DNA of 64,000 nt from Acidobacteriota bacterium (GTDB lineage: Bacteria; Acidobacteriota; Vicinamibacteria; Vicinamibacterales; SCN-69-37). The stretch covers positions 10,459 to 74,458 of the forward strand of contig SYFT01000106.1 of the NCBI GenBank assembly GCA_005799825.1. The letters are read 5' to 3'. Position numbers and translations under genes: made by a program. The notes below the pieces were generated by a model. It was not told the DNA's origin. It made no database searches and saw nothing but the letters and a program-made list of their open reading frames with translations. Of this stretch, positions 63,946-64,000 are shown in pieces (within the stretch, counting starts at the first letter, position 1; every line of letters begins with the position of its first letter).

Positions 63946-64000
63946 GCTCACCGTGGTCGGCAAATGCCCTGAAGCGGACACTGTGTATCGCGCTGCTTCG

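Noticed and set aside
1-64000. Search for tRNA, rRNA, CRISPR arrays, transposases, integrases, phage or known defence genes
   Set aside because: I saw none of the following: a T-loop-type GGTTCGAATCC motif in an intergenic context; a regularly spaced direct-repeat array; a DDE, serine or tyrosine recombinase motif; or nuclease/ATPase pairs typical of restriction, Abi or CBASS-like systems in any supported ORF.

Overview
This is a GC-rich bacterial chromosomal segment with strong GC3 bias. It is most likely from an Acidobacteriota genome. That inference rests on two tandem TIGR03436-type VWFA-related acidobacterial-domain genes, Oar-like CarboxypepD_reg plus TonB-type outer-membrane proteins, and a dense set of secreted peptidases. 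I can support about 57 protein-coding genes or gene remnants.

Housekeeping content:
- an F0-only ATP synthase operon (atpZ-atpI-atpB-atpE-atpF)
- a cobA/hemD fusion, nadE, tkt, hpf, NAD-type IDH, proline dehydrogenase, cca and glk
- infA followed by a DEAD-box helicase
- a long minus-strand operon: S9 peptidase-pyrE-truA-uppS-cdsA-dxr-rseP

Accessory-looking content:
- a TatT/DctP/DctQM (TPAT-type TRAP) transporter
- seven peptidase-family genes (M28, M1, PD40-GGT fusion, M20, M24, M14, S9)
- two TonB-type receptors and a sulfatase-like/TPR protein
- YaeQ, DinB and a BRCT-MerR-like-TPR protein
- TolC and two glycosyltransferases

I found no rRNA, tRNA, CRISPR array, transposase, integrase, phage gene or recognisable defence gene. 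I therefore cannot point to a canonical system.

What stands out instead:
1. A 26-bp perfect inverted repeat around the start of the EamA gene, just after atpF.
2. A 30-nt palindromic REP-like repeat family with compensatory stem variants, in 7-8 copies at five intergenic loci.
3. 8-bp-period GGGGAACT-type tandem repeats that supply the last codons and the stop codon of two genes.
4. A 172-bp element bounded by 30-bp inverted repeats in the M20/cca divergent spacer.
5. Several reading frames interrupted by in-frame TAG codons, including a class C acid phosphatase with two, both at conserved Gln positions.
6. Unusual domain architectures (PD40 propeller-GGT, BRCT-MerR-TPR) and Gly/Arg low-complexity inserts shared by three unrelated secreted hydrolases.

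All functional calls rest on motif recognition in the translated ORFs and on memory of the families. No database search was run.
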